64,000 bases of DNA from Octopus sinensis (lineage: Eukaryota). The position numbers and the translations under genes were made by a program. Below the pieces are notes generated by a model. The model was not told the origin of the DNA. It worked only from the letters and a program-made list of their open reading frames with translations, and did not search any database. Each line of letters starts with the position of its first letter. Within the stretch, counting starts at the first letter, position 1. The stretch spans positions 62,992,001-63,056,000 of the forward strand of contig NC_043004.1 in NCBI RefSeq assembly GCF_006345805.1. Direction: 5' to 3'. This document shows positions 10,091-21,652 of the stretch, piece by piece.

Positions 10091-12196
10091 ACTGGTCAAC
10101 AAAATGAAACTTTTTTTAATCATCAGAGTTGCTGATTGACTTTTCTGGGTTAATTTTTGATGCTGATTACAAATCTGAAGTCCGATTTCCTCTATCAGGT
10201 CACATTTTCATGTTAATGATATCTGCTGTTTTCAATTATAGGATGTGTAAAGCATGTCTATATAAAGTATATGAAATACAAGATACGATAATTTTATGGC
10301 TTTTAATTGTACAAAATTAAAATTATTGTGTACAAATAAGTTAGAATACACTAAAATGTATAAGAACCTAAAATCTTTGGGATTTGTACTTTCTATAGTG
10401 TTTTGTCTCAGCCTCATCCCTGTATAACATCCAACAGTAGTCAGCTAACATTTCTGCATTCTAAAACCTTTGATATCCTTGTTCCATCGATGCAAAGCTC
10501 CAAGGTTCTCTGCAAAAAAAGTCCACTTATGAAGCAAGGAAATGGACGTTTAGTGATATCTAACAGTCTATTGCAACGTAGGTGTCTAGAAGAGATTTCG
10601 TTCCATTTCTAAATTCTAAGGATCTCTTGTTGCCTGGGAAATTTTCACAGAGCCATTTGAAGAATTCCCAGGCTTTAAGCTCGATCTCATCCAGTGCTGA
10701 GGAAGTGGTTGTCCTTCAGGTGTTCTTTTCATCTGCGGACCTATGAATACGTCCTCCTTCAGTTTTACCTCTGGGATTTTTGGAAATTTGGCCTTCACAT
10801 ATTGAAAACCTTTTAGGCTTTCCCTGGCAAGTGTCTTCACGAATTGTTTCATGAGGCCAAGCTTTACGTGAAGAGGGAGAAGAAGGACATTTTCTTGGTT
10901 TAAAAGTGGCTTACTCTGGACGCTAGAAACTCCCGGCTCATGATTTTCGCAAAGGCCACTCTAATGGCACATAGTGCTTGTTAGTTGCACGACTGTCCTA
11001 TAGGCATAAAAAGAAAACAATATTTGGTGAACACATATTGCATTCCCAACAACATTCCAATCCCCGTCAAGTCTCCACATATTTTCCAGCTGTAGTTTGT
11101 ATACTTTATGGCATTGAGGAGTACTTGCATGTATTCATAACACTCCTTCATGTACACTGAATGTCCTATGGGGATGGATGGTTTCTTATTGCCATTGCGT
11201 AGTAGTACTGCCTTGAGGCTTCTCTTAGATGAATCAATGAATAAGCGCCATTCAGCTGGAACATGCGCTTGGAACAAACAACGAAATAACTCATCAGTGT
11301 TATTACTGAAACAAAGTGGTCCATCAACAGAGAAGCATGAAGTCAGACCGCTATTTCTCTTCCTGAAATGAGTAATACAAACATATTTCTTAAGCAGACA
11401 CTTATCTTGCAGGCTAATAGTTCAGCTTTATCCTTCGACAATGACAAGTCTCTAACTAAATCATTTAAATCTCCACGAGAAAATTTCTGTGGTACGTCTT
11501 CATTTTCAATTGTGAAATCTGCACACATTTCGGGGTCTTCGACAGCAGTAATATTTTCTTCAGGAAATAAATCTTCGTCAGACATCTGAAGGCCATTTTC
11601 TGGTGGTATTGGAATAGGAAGATCATCATCGTTGTGTGGTACTGGTCTTCTTGCTGATTCCATGTTAGGATACACAATCTTATGCCTGGTCTTTACAGTA
11701 AACCCACATACATTAATGTTGCAGAAATAACAATCCAAGAAATGATCCTTTGGCTCACTCCATATCATAGGTATTGCAAACGGCATTGCTCTCTTCCTCT
11801 TATTTAGCCAATCCCTTCGTCCATCTGAACAAACTGAGCAGATGATGCGCGGGGCCCAACTCTTATCTTGATCCCCAAGGGAACAGCCAATGTATAACTG
11901 GCAGATCTTCTTGATTTCACTTGTGATGGCATGTTGCTGAGATTTAGTGGTAAATTAACCACAGACATGACAAACTATATCAGGACTGTTCTTGCAATGC
12001 CTTGACATAGTCAGAATTTACCTATATAAGACATTTACGTGTAGCGTTACAGCTGATGGGAGTTATATACCTCTCTTATCTCATCAGAAAAACTGTGCCT
12101 GATAGAAGGAAACCGATTACATTTTTGAAATCTGCGGCCAAACTACATATAAAACACCATATAATATCCCTGATGAAAATTGGCTGTTGACCAGTG
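10090..12196 (-). mobile_element. Chapaev3-like (CMC/Transib group) DNA transposon with a disrupted transposase
   Basis: Perfect 12-bp TIRs CACTGGTCAACA (10090) and TGTTGACCAGTG (ends 12196), plus subterminal inverted similarity. Transposase on the minus strand from ~12008: MSRHCKNSPDSLCHVCG..GDQDKSWAP..MPFAIPMIWSEPKDHFLDCYFC..EWRLFIDSSKRSLKAVLL..ICGDL..MLADYCW (~10420). Flanks are TTA and TTG. The Chapaev3 label is from recalled motifs. Confidence 0.8.
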
Positions 12197-12269
<73 letters not shown>

Positions 12270-12673
12270 GCTATGTTTGACTTTTGCTCTACATTTGTAC
12301 AAGTTGGCTCCAAGTCTCACCCAGAGACCTCAAGAGACAACAGGTTGGAAGTTCGTGTTGTTGTTATGCCTAGGGTGCCATATATTTGGTTTAGTACTAA
12401 CAAACCATACGAAAATTATGTTTGTTTTAAAACTTGATATTACATGGAAAGTATTTTGCGTAAGATATGAGCAGTTCCCATGAGCACTATATTTATGAAT
12501 TTCTGCCATTTTGGGGTTTCTTGGTATCTGAGTTAGGTGGCAATCAGCCCCTTTTGCTATCATTCCCGAGGCACCTATGACAACAGCTATTGTTTTAGTC
12601 TTCGGGTTCCACATTTTGCTGATTTCTATTTCCAGATCTTTATATTTGCTCAGTTTCTGGTAGGTCTTGACAG
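12270..12673 (-). mobile_element. Dong-type family B, 5'-truncated (3' 400 bp)
   Basis: Aligns to 54770-55203 (TKTIAVVIGASGMIAKG plus 3' UTR). (ATT)n on both sides. Confidence 0.9.
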
Positions 12674-12690
12674 CTTCTTATTATTATTAC

Positions 12691-12770
<80 letters not shown>

Positions 12771-12797
12771 TATTATTATTATTATTATTATATTATT

Positions 12798-14375
12798 CAG
12801 TAGTTTTATTTTTATTTTTATAGCGTGCTTTCACTTCACTACCGAGCGCAGCTCTGTGTGCCTTGAGTATGTGCTGTGATTTGTTGTGATGCTCTGATGG
12901 TTATTGTATGGAAAGTGTTCTGCGTAGGATGTGTGCAGTGCCTAGTAGTGCAATTTTCTGTATGTTATATGTGTTTGTAAGTCCTGGTGTTTTTGTTATG
13001 TATTTGTCTGAATATTTTTTTATCATGCCTAATGAACCTACTATGATAGGAATTGTTTCTGTTTTCAGATTCCACATTCTAGTTACCTCTATTTCCAGGT
13101 CTTTGCATTTTGAGAGTTTCTCCATTTCTTTTAGAGACACGTTGTCATCTGCCGGTACTGATACATCAATTAGAAAGCATTTTTTTTCTTCATGGTCTCT
13201 GACAACTATATCTGGTCTGTTGGCCTTAATTTCTCTATCTGTGTGTATCGGCATATCCCAGAGTATGGTTGCTTTCTCGTTTTCTGTGATCTTTTCTGGT
13301 GTCTGCCTATACCATCTTTTTTCTGTTGTTATTCCATAATGCTGGCATAGCTTCCAATGTATGTAAGTTCCAACTCTGTCATGTCTGTGAATATATTCCT
13401 TCTTAGCCAGGACTGGGCAGCTAGAGATAATATGATTTATTGTTTCTTGTCCATCTCCACATATTCTGCAGTTACTTGTAATATTTCTTTTCATTACATG
13501 TTTTTGGTAATTTCTGGTGGGGAGGCTTTGGTCTTGTGCTGCAATTAAAAATCCCTCTGTTTCTGCTTTGAGTCCTGAGCTTCTCAACCATTGCTGGGTT
13601 TTTCTTTGTCTATTTCTTTTGCGTTTAGTATAGTCCAGTATTTACCATGAAGGGGCTTTTCTTGCCATCGTTTTATCATGGTTCGTTGCTGTTCTATTTT
13701 TAGTTTGGATTTCATTTTTTTTATAGCTTTTGTTGTTTCTTCATCTTCTTCTTCTTCTTCTTCATGTTTATTAGGTGGTATGATTTCTTGTTTGTATTTG
13801 TCAGCTTCCTTAAATACTGAGAACAGTTTTTTGTTTTGCTCGTGTTTTGCCGCTATCTGGATCAGTTTTCCTTCCTTCTGAAGTAGATATTTTGCAGTCC
13901 TATGGTGGTTATTTTATAGTAGTTTTCCAGCTGTATAAGGCCTCTACCACCTTCTATACGTTGTATATATAGTCTTTCTATGTCAGATTTTGGGTGATGC
14001 ATCCTAGATCCTGTCATTATTTTTCTTGTTTTCCTGTCTATTTTGGTCAGTTCATTTCGTGTCCAGTTAAGGATATTGTAGCTGTAACTTATAACTGGGA
14101 CAGCTAAAGTGTTGATATCTATTATCTTGTTTTTAGCATTGAGCTCTGTGTTTAGTATTGATCTAACTCGTCTATAATATTCTTTTTTTATTTTCTCTTT
14201 CATTTGTGTGTGTTGTGTCTTATCTAGTTCATGGATTCCTAAGTATTTGTAAGTTTGGCTTTGGTCTAATTCTTTTATTTCATTTGCTTCATCTAGTGTG
14301 ATGTTGTTACTCTTAACTAGTTTTCCTCTTTTCATGGTTACTTTGGCGCATTTTTCTAATCCAAATTTCATATCT
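12798..14375 (-). mobile_element. Dong-type family A, 5'-truncated
   Basis: ORFs 14371-13862 (RT thumb) and 13587-12901: CCHC knuckle CRICGDGQETINHIISSC, RHD motif, and PD..D RLE endonuclease RPDIVVRD..FLIDVSVP. Highly similar to 58826-60390. (ATT)n on both sides. Confidence 0.95.
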
Positions 14376-14388
14376 CATATTATTATTA

Positions 14389-14432
<44 letters not shown>

Positions 14433-14471
14433 GCTATTATTATTATTATTATTATTATTATCATCATCATC

Positions 14472-14985
14472 ACTGAAAGAGAGAGCAGTGCATGCCATCA
14501 AAGCGACACTGGGGTAAAATATATGAAGCCCAGTATACCCATCATGGCTACCTGTCTGATACGGGTACACCAGGCACATGCATCACAACCATATGTGCAC
14601 GACATGGTAATCTCATATCAAGATACACAGTGCATGACGTTGTAGGTGGGGCCCAGTTAGAATTCTCTTCTGGTCGAGAAGCCCATCCCGCTCAAAAGGT
14701 CTCTGAATAAAGATTGTTTAATGATGTTGAACGAGACACCAATGTTTCTAGAGGTGAATTATCCAAACCTTTATTAATTCCTTTCGACACACGGCTATAA
14801 TGCTTCCCCACTACTTCAGCTTGTTATCAGAGATGCACATATCGTCAGCCACTAACGGACATGGTCAATTGGTCATGGTCAAACATATGACAAGCGAATC
14901 TGTGGTATTGAGCAGAATATTTGCTGTAGCTCATCTTTTATACCAAGACAAAACAATGTACATGATAACAGACAAAACAATGTAC
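14472..14985 (-). mobile_element. Unclassified retroposon 3' fragment with a (GAT)n tail, between ATT arrays
   Basis: Higher-GC non-coding block that grades into (ATC)n on its left and abuts (ATT)n on its right, with a 16-bp duplication at the right junction. No protein motif recognised. Confidence 0.45.
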
Positions 14986-15063
<78 letters not shown>

Positions 15064-15075
15064 TATTGTTATTAC

Positions 15076-15141
<66 letters not shown>

Positions 15142-16586
15142 CATTATTATTATTAATTCAAATTACATCGAGGCCGACTTTGCCCTTCATTAATTCAGAT
15201 TCGATAAAAGAATTATTAGTTGAACCGTGGGATCGACACAATGGACTAGCCCACTCGCACAAAAGTTTAGGGCTTGTGGTTATAAGAAAAGCAACATTTA
15301 TTTTTATTATTAAAACGTTGTCGTCATTATCAAAGAAAATATTATTAATATTGGAATTTATTATATTTTATATATAGGTGGAAATCTTTCTACAACAAAT
15401 ACAGATGTTTGTGAGTATAATATTTACTTTTAGGAAAAATGTGAAAGTGTTTGTGTGTGCATATGTGTGTATTCGTGTACGCGGGTACGCGCGTGTGTGA
15501 GTACATAATAATCATAAGACACCATACGGGAAAGAAGGATGCATTTGCAATACTTTATAGCATGGATATATAGATTCATGCGACGTTACATTATACTAAG
15601 CAGGTGTCTCATGTCATAAATTACCGAGAGTTCATAACATAATGTGTTGTTATGTTGGCAACTTAATGTGGTTGTAACAGGGAAGAATGCAACTGCTATT
15701 TAGCCCTACAAAATAACGTGTCCAGTATGGCGTAACACATTTTCTGAGCACTTACGTTTTTAAAGACGGAGATGAGAACCACCACCCAGCAAAGCTACCA
15801 TCCAAATACTAGTTTTAGAGTAATTGCTCATTATCAGTCTAGAGGATCATGGCGTGCTAGCTGTCGATGCTTATTCGCATTCGACTGGAAACGGTGTTTA
15901 CTAAGGCTAAATATCAGTAGCATTCTTCCCTTTCATGGGAATGCCACATTAAGTTGGCATCATAACATCACTTTATCGTACTACTACTGTATAAATCTCT
16001 TGAGACATTTAGAAATGCAATAAGATAATGTTTTATGACAAACATTTCATGGTTTATGAAATGGAAATTGCATATAATACGTGTTCACTCTGGTATATTT
16101 TCGAAGAAATAGTCATATTTACTTTCTTCATCGCACTGATTAAGATGCTAGCACCATAACGTAAGAATTTAATGAAAACAGACGAAACTGTTAATGCTGC
16201 TATAGTTATTTTATTAAGAGTACTATCGTGACATACATGTTGGCGTGTGATATGCAGTATGCGCAGCATACCTAACATAATGTGATATGTTACACAAACT
16301 ACATCTCATCAGGTTTAATAAATATTTTGACGGTTCGATATATTGAAAGATCATCAACAAGTGAAATTTCTAATTGGTATTACCTGTATTTAAGGAATGT
16401 AAAGTGAATATCAAAACAGTATGTCAAACTTTAGGGTGGACAGTAGAATTACGTTGTAAAGTAGATTGTTTAAAAGATATATCTATTTTAAAGATGCCAC
16501 CAAATTTAGCGACGTCGCTCATCAAAGCTGTTAGTGGCAAAACTGGTTTGTGTATATAATAGATAGTATTATACTCAAAACAGTTC

Positions 16587-16623
<37 letters not shown>

Positions 16624-16640
16624 ATATATATATAAATATA

Positions 16641-17430
16641 TACCAAGTAAGGACTGAACACGAAAAGGGAACAGTCAACATGCTAGATATAGACATCAAA
16701 TAGACAAAGAATCCGAAGATTAAAATATTTATATATACCAATTAAGGACTTTGGTTTTGTGCTGAGTTTGATTTGAGAACATAATCTTTTGTGGAGAATG
16801 GCGATTTGACGTCTATATCTAGCATGTTGACTGTCCACTTTTCGTGTTCAGTTCTTAATTGGTATATATAAATATTTTAATCTTCGGATTCTTTTATAAT
16901 ATGCTAGACCACTGGTTTTAATTGATAAATATCAATTTCTACCCTTAATTAATTTTATATAAATAAATATGTTCTCTAACCGATAAATTGACTGCTGCTA
17001 ATTATTAGCTGCAGGCTGGTTTTTTCGGGTCTCAACGCGCCAAAGTAAAGGCATTTGAAAGATACATTCGAATGTAATAGGTTGAACTCCATGCACGCGA
17101 TACTCCGGTATCGTTTTTGCTTCTAGTCCAGCAAATTGCATTTATAACGGGCCATGCTGATGAATGCTACAGTTATCCTTGCGGATAATAATAGCCGAAA
17201 CTGATCAGTACGTGGGTAATTATTTTATTTCGTATATTTTCACTTGTTAATTGCTTTGGTTTTGTGCTGAATTTGATTTGAGAACATAATCTTTTGTGGA
17301 GAATGGCGATTTGACTGTCAATTTTTCGTGTCCAGTCCTTAATTGGTATATATAAATATTATAATCTTCGGATTCTTTTTTAATATGCCAGACCACTGGT
17401 TTTAATTGATAAATATCAATTTCTACCTTA

Positions 17431-17440
<10 letters not shown>
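16641..17440. repeat. Nested direct and inverted repeat block, probably Penelope pLTR-derived
   Basis: 16751-16960 is repeated at ~17255-17440. 16641-16750 is inverted relative to 16805-16895. A hammerhead motif lies between the direct copies. Confidence 0.65.
17152..17215 (+). ncRNA. Type I hammerhead motif with extended stem II and one stem II mismatch
   Basis: CCATG-CTGATGA-A-TGCTA-cagttatcc-ttgc-ggataataa-TAGCC-GAAAC-TGATCA-GTA-CGTGG. Helix I is CCATG/CGTGG and helix III is the palindrome ACTGATCAGT. The first stem II pair is T.C instead of G-C. Confidence 0.7.
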
Positions 17441-17488
<48 letters not shown>

Positions 17489-17492
<4 letters not shown>

Positions 17493-17669
17493 ATAAAGAT
17501 GCAAAGACATCACAAAACTGCTACTAAGAATTTTACATTTCCGTACTTCGGCGGACACTTTTGGTTTAGAATCTGGTTTACAATTTAGATTGTAAACCGA
17601 AACTGTTCGGCAGACGAGAAAGTGAAACACCGAGTAACAGTTTTTGTGATGTCTTTGCAGCTTTATTAA
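17489..17669. repeat. ~180-bp imperfect palindrome whose arms resemble decayed hammerheads
   Basis: TTAATAAAGATGCAAAGACATCACAAAACTG pairs with CAGTTTTTGTGATGTCTTTGCAGCTTTATTAA, with a central hairpin GGTTTACAAT-ttag-ATTGTAAACC. The right arm reads AAACTGT...GAAAC-ACCGA-GTA-ACAGTTT. Confidence 0.7.
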
Positions 17670-17745
17670 GAAAGCCGATTACTCTACATCCGGTATTCCA
17701 GTACTATTTTTTCCACCTTGTTTCGCAGCTATGTGCTTACTCTTG

Positions 17746-17776
<31 letters not shown>

Positions 17777-17808
17777 ACCAAGAAAAAAGCAACAAGAATG
17801 GATCGGTA

Positions 17809-17898
17809 GATTAGTACAATTGTTTCATACTAAAAACATTTAATTCTAAGCTGCAAATATTACAGCAAATATAACGTCAAGTATTCATCAGCTAAATC
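17809..17898 (-). ncRNA. Type I hammerhead ribozyme motif, core intact, long stem II loop
   Basis: Reverse complement reads GATTTAG-CTGATGA-ATACT-(48 nt)-AGTAT-GAAAC-AATT-GTA-CTAATC, with palindromic helix III ACAATTGT and a GUA cleavage triplet. Confidence 0.8.
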
Positions 17899-19398
17899 AC
17901 ATATAGGTTTTCCATATATTCTTAGAGAGTGTAAATATCCTTATGAAGTTATTACCTATAATATTACCTATAATAACGAAAATAATACTCGTAATAACCT
18001 GAATAGCAGCAACGTGATAGATATGTCCTTAAATAATTCTAAATCTGAAAATTATCCCCCTAGTTGCAATTGTAGGATTAAGTCAAAATGTCCGACATCT
18101 GGTCGGTGTTCGGTCCATAATGTAATCTATAAATGTACTGTAACAACTTCGAATAGTAATTTTTTTTACCTGGGTTGTACTATAAATTTTAAACAGAGAA
18201 TTAATAATCATATCTCATCTTTTAGGCTAGATCATAAAGCTGGTTGCACCACACTTGCCACTAAAATTCGGGAACTCAAATCTAATAATATTAAATATGA
18301 CCTAAAATGGGAAATAGTTAGAAAGGCAGTACCTTATAGAAATAATAGGGTGGGTTTTCAACTCTGTTCCATGCAGACATATGAGATTCTAAAGCATAGA
18401 AAAAATTAAAATCTACTGAATAACCGTATATAGTTGGGTCAGTCCTGCATTCACTCAATAATCAAAACTTTAGAATATTTCAAATAGATATTTGCGAGTT
18501 CTCCTACTCTTTTTTCTTTCCAACTGCATCTTTTAAAATAAATAAATAAATAGTATTTGTATTATGCTAATTTTTAATTGACTTTAAAGTCAATTTAATT
18601 AACCTTACTTAAATCATATAAACTGCTAATCTGTCCTAATTCTATTCTAAATTTAAAATGTAATACTATTCCCTTAGTGATACATTTGATTTTCACCATG
18701 AATTTTGAATAAGATTCCCCTACCTTGTGCTATTGAATTTGTTTGACCTCTAGATGTTGACCTAAATTCCTTCTTACCATATTAAACATAAGTTAAAAGA
18801 AAAACAATAATAAATAAATAACCTTCTATTCTAGTGTTAACCTTAATTTTCTTACAGTATCTCCCTCTACGGACAACATATAACCTCTTTAGTGCTTTCC
18901 TTTATTCCTCCTCCCACCTTTAATTCTATGAGTTTCTTAGTTCAAAGCTAGTGTTGGTCAAACTTACAGTTCTTTTATGAATTTAAGATTCCTTCTACAC
19001 TGACCTAGATTTTCTGTTGCCACGGATATAGACTGACCTTTGTCGTTGGTGTCTTTATTCCTTCTTACACCCCCATTTCTTTTCTCCTGATGTCCTTTGC
19101 TTTAGCCAAACCTACCCCGCTGTCTTATTTGCTTCTACTATAGAATTTTGTCTACAACAGTTAGATGCGAACTTAACCGTGGTATGACCAGCATCTTTCC
19201 TCATGCCTCTTGGAACTTATACCCACATTTTTATGAGTAGATTTATCTTATCTGGCATGTCAATAATCATTTTAAAAACTTTTTATTGTTGGAAAACATA
19301 TATAGTCTGCTTGGAATCTTACTTCAGATTCATGGAACTCACTCCTATAACTTCATAAGGATAATTACACTCTCTAAGAATATATGGAAAACATATGT

Positions 19399-19488
19399 GA
19401 TTTAGCTGATGAATACTTGACATTATATTTGCTGTAATATTTGCAGCTTGAAATTAAATGTTTTTAGTATAAAACGATTGTACTAATC
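19399..19488 (+). ncRNA. Sister hammerhead motif with G12 mutated
   Basis: GATTTAG-CTGATGA-ATACT...AGTAT-AAAAC-GATT-GTA-CTAATC. The GAAA core is changed to AAAA. Confidence 0.65.
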
Positions 19489-21309
19489 TACCGATCCATT
19501 CTTGTTGCTTTTTTCTTGGTTATAATCACCCCACATATTTTTATGGTTAATACCATAAAGAATCTTGGTGCATCTAAATTAAGTACCATATTCATTTGAA
19601 TTCATTTGAATTCTTTTGAATCTGAATTGTTTTTGCTGAATTATATATGTATGTATGTATAGATGGATGGATGGATGTGTGTGTGTGTCTGTTTTTGTGT
19701 GTATGTGTGTATATAAATATATATATATATATACACCCACACATATATACGCGTGAAAGTGAGTTCGCGTGCGTGCGCGCGCGTTTATGCAGGCGGGCGC
19801 CCGTACATGTGCGTGTGCAGGTGGGTGCACGTACATGTGTGCGTGCTTATTAAGAAGTGTACAAGAAAGTAATATCACATTTCATGCAAAGAATTCAAAT
19901 TAGAATAAATCATATATATATATATACATTCATTCAAAATAAAATCCCCATCTTTCGCATTATCATTTTACCAATTCTGCATTTGTGTTCTTTTTCTTCA
20001 ACTCCCACCCAAATTAGAGAATGAATTATTAAGTAGGTTAGCGGTGAAAAGTATGCCTGTTTTAAAGTGCTTTTTACTGGCAAAGAGATCAGGTGACCCA
20101 AATGAGGCATAATTTGAGGTTGCTAGATTTGGTGTGTGGGGATATTGACGTGGATATTCCAGGATCATTCACTTTATCATTTTGGGGATTTTCTTCGTTG
20201 AATGCAGCCTTGAATAGTCATGTAGCGTAATTCTCTTTTCTATTAGCTAGAGGTGGTTGTATTTAGAATAAAATATGATCGATACGTTCAAGTTATGGGC
20301 AATGAATGGCTGCACTGAAGTTTTTTCTCTCGTCTCCAATAATTGACTGCGAGTTATATGTATTGTGTTCCACCTAACGCACAGAAAACGTTTTGTGCGC
20401 GATCTGAGCTGGTTGTTAAAACTGGATTTTCAGTCGGCGGGAGCCTCTGCTTAGTAAGGTTATGGTTGGGATTGACTACGTTTTCTCACTTAATCAGATT
20501 ACTCGAACGTGTTTCGTGTGGAAAAGCTCTCACTAGCACAGACGACGATATCAACACGAGAGTTGAAATAATTTTCTCTTCTACAGAACTTGATTTTTCT
20601 GCCCATACAATCGGAAAACTAGTTTTAATTTGGAAAAAATTTGTTGTTAACGATAGCGATCATATTTTCAATGGATGAATATATGCAGGTTAGAAATTCA
20701 GCTGATCTGTACTCATTACATGAAATGCAACCTTACTTTTAAACTCCTAATACACACACAGATATTCGCAAGTACGCACACGCCACCCAACCCCCACAAA
20801 CACATTGACATATATATGTATACAGGATAATCTGAAAGATGAATACCAATATTCATTTCTTTATGGATGTTCATTTTTTGCAAAATAAACACAGGTATCT
20901 ACATATTCGTTCTTCACTTCAGATTTAGTTATTTTATTGTCCCTATTTTATATCCTTGTTCTGGAGATCTTTCGTCATACATGTGACCTCGTCATTGATT
21001 CCTGCTGTTCTTTTAGTCCATTCTAGGCCGCTTGGTTTAGAATGAGCAACCATATGAATATAAGCGGAGTATGTGAAGAATGATTTCGTTTCAGTATGTG
21101 ATATTGTATAAAATGTTTTCCTTCGGGGAATGTGGACTTGCATTATCATGTTGCATGAATAAGCCATTCTTAGTAAAGCATTTACTTCTAGTGAAATCCA
21201 TTACGTGTCATTCAAATTTAACACTCACCGCATCTTTTATATTATCTTCTTTAATATTCCATATCTGCCATATCTATATGAAATAATAATGATATATATT
21301 TTGAAACAG

Positions 21310-21407
21310 GTTCACTGTGTTTACATTGTTTATCATTCTGAGTTGGTTTTATATGGGATGGTATTGGTTGGCTAACGTAAATGAGAATGCTGCAACAAAA
21401 TCCAAAG
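21310..21407 (+). CDS. M13 peptidase-like gene: probable transmembrane exon (phase 2 to 1)
   Basis: ttttgaaacag|G...AAAG|gtaaag. Open frame FTVFTLFIILSWFYMGWYWLANVNENAATKSK, the hydrophobic anchor expected of a type II M13 protein. The upstream exon was not identified. Confidence 0.55.
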
Positions 21408-21652
21408 GTAAAGCAATATTGCTAAATTAATAAACATCGCTTTTCTTACCACTCAATTTTCTCAAGTTCTGATTGTATAACTGTCATTGAACTCTGTCCC
21501 CTGAATTCCAATGTTAAATATCACGCAAAGCTGTGAAAATTACCATGCACTCCGTCGTTTGTTTTATTTGTAAATACTCTCTACAGACTGTTTTCTAAAT
21601 GCTGACATAGAATAAAGTTGTAAATTTGCTTATATTCCACAAAATAAAATAG

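Larger units (their letters stand above)
17773..19524 (+). mobile_element. 5'-truncated Penelope-like element: GIY-YIG fragment flanked by inverted ~180-bp pLTRs
   Basis: ORF 18014-18409: CNCRIKSKCPTSGRCSVHNVIYKCTV...FYLGCT..FKQRINNH..SF...KWEIV...QLCS, a GIY-YIG with CxC..CP..C and a C-terminal CxLC-like motif (Naiad/Nematis-like from recall). Inverted repeats at 17773-17952 and 19347-19524. Confidence 0.8.

Noticed and set aside
12798-14375. Segmental duplication as the explanation for similarity to 58826-60390
   Set aside because: Truncation points differ for both neighbouring elements and no unique flanking DNA is shared.
20343-20678. 111-aa ORF and possible first exon (ATGGATGAATATATGCAG|gttaga at ~20671-20688)
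   Set aside because: No recognisable motif, and the phase-0 donor does not fit the phase-2 TM exon. It could still be 5' UTR or promoter.
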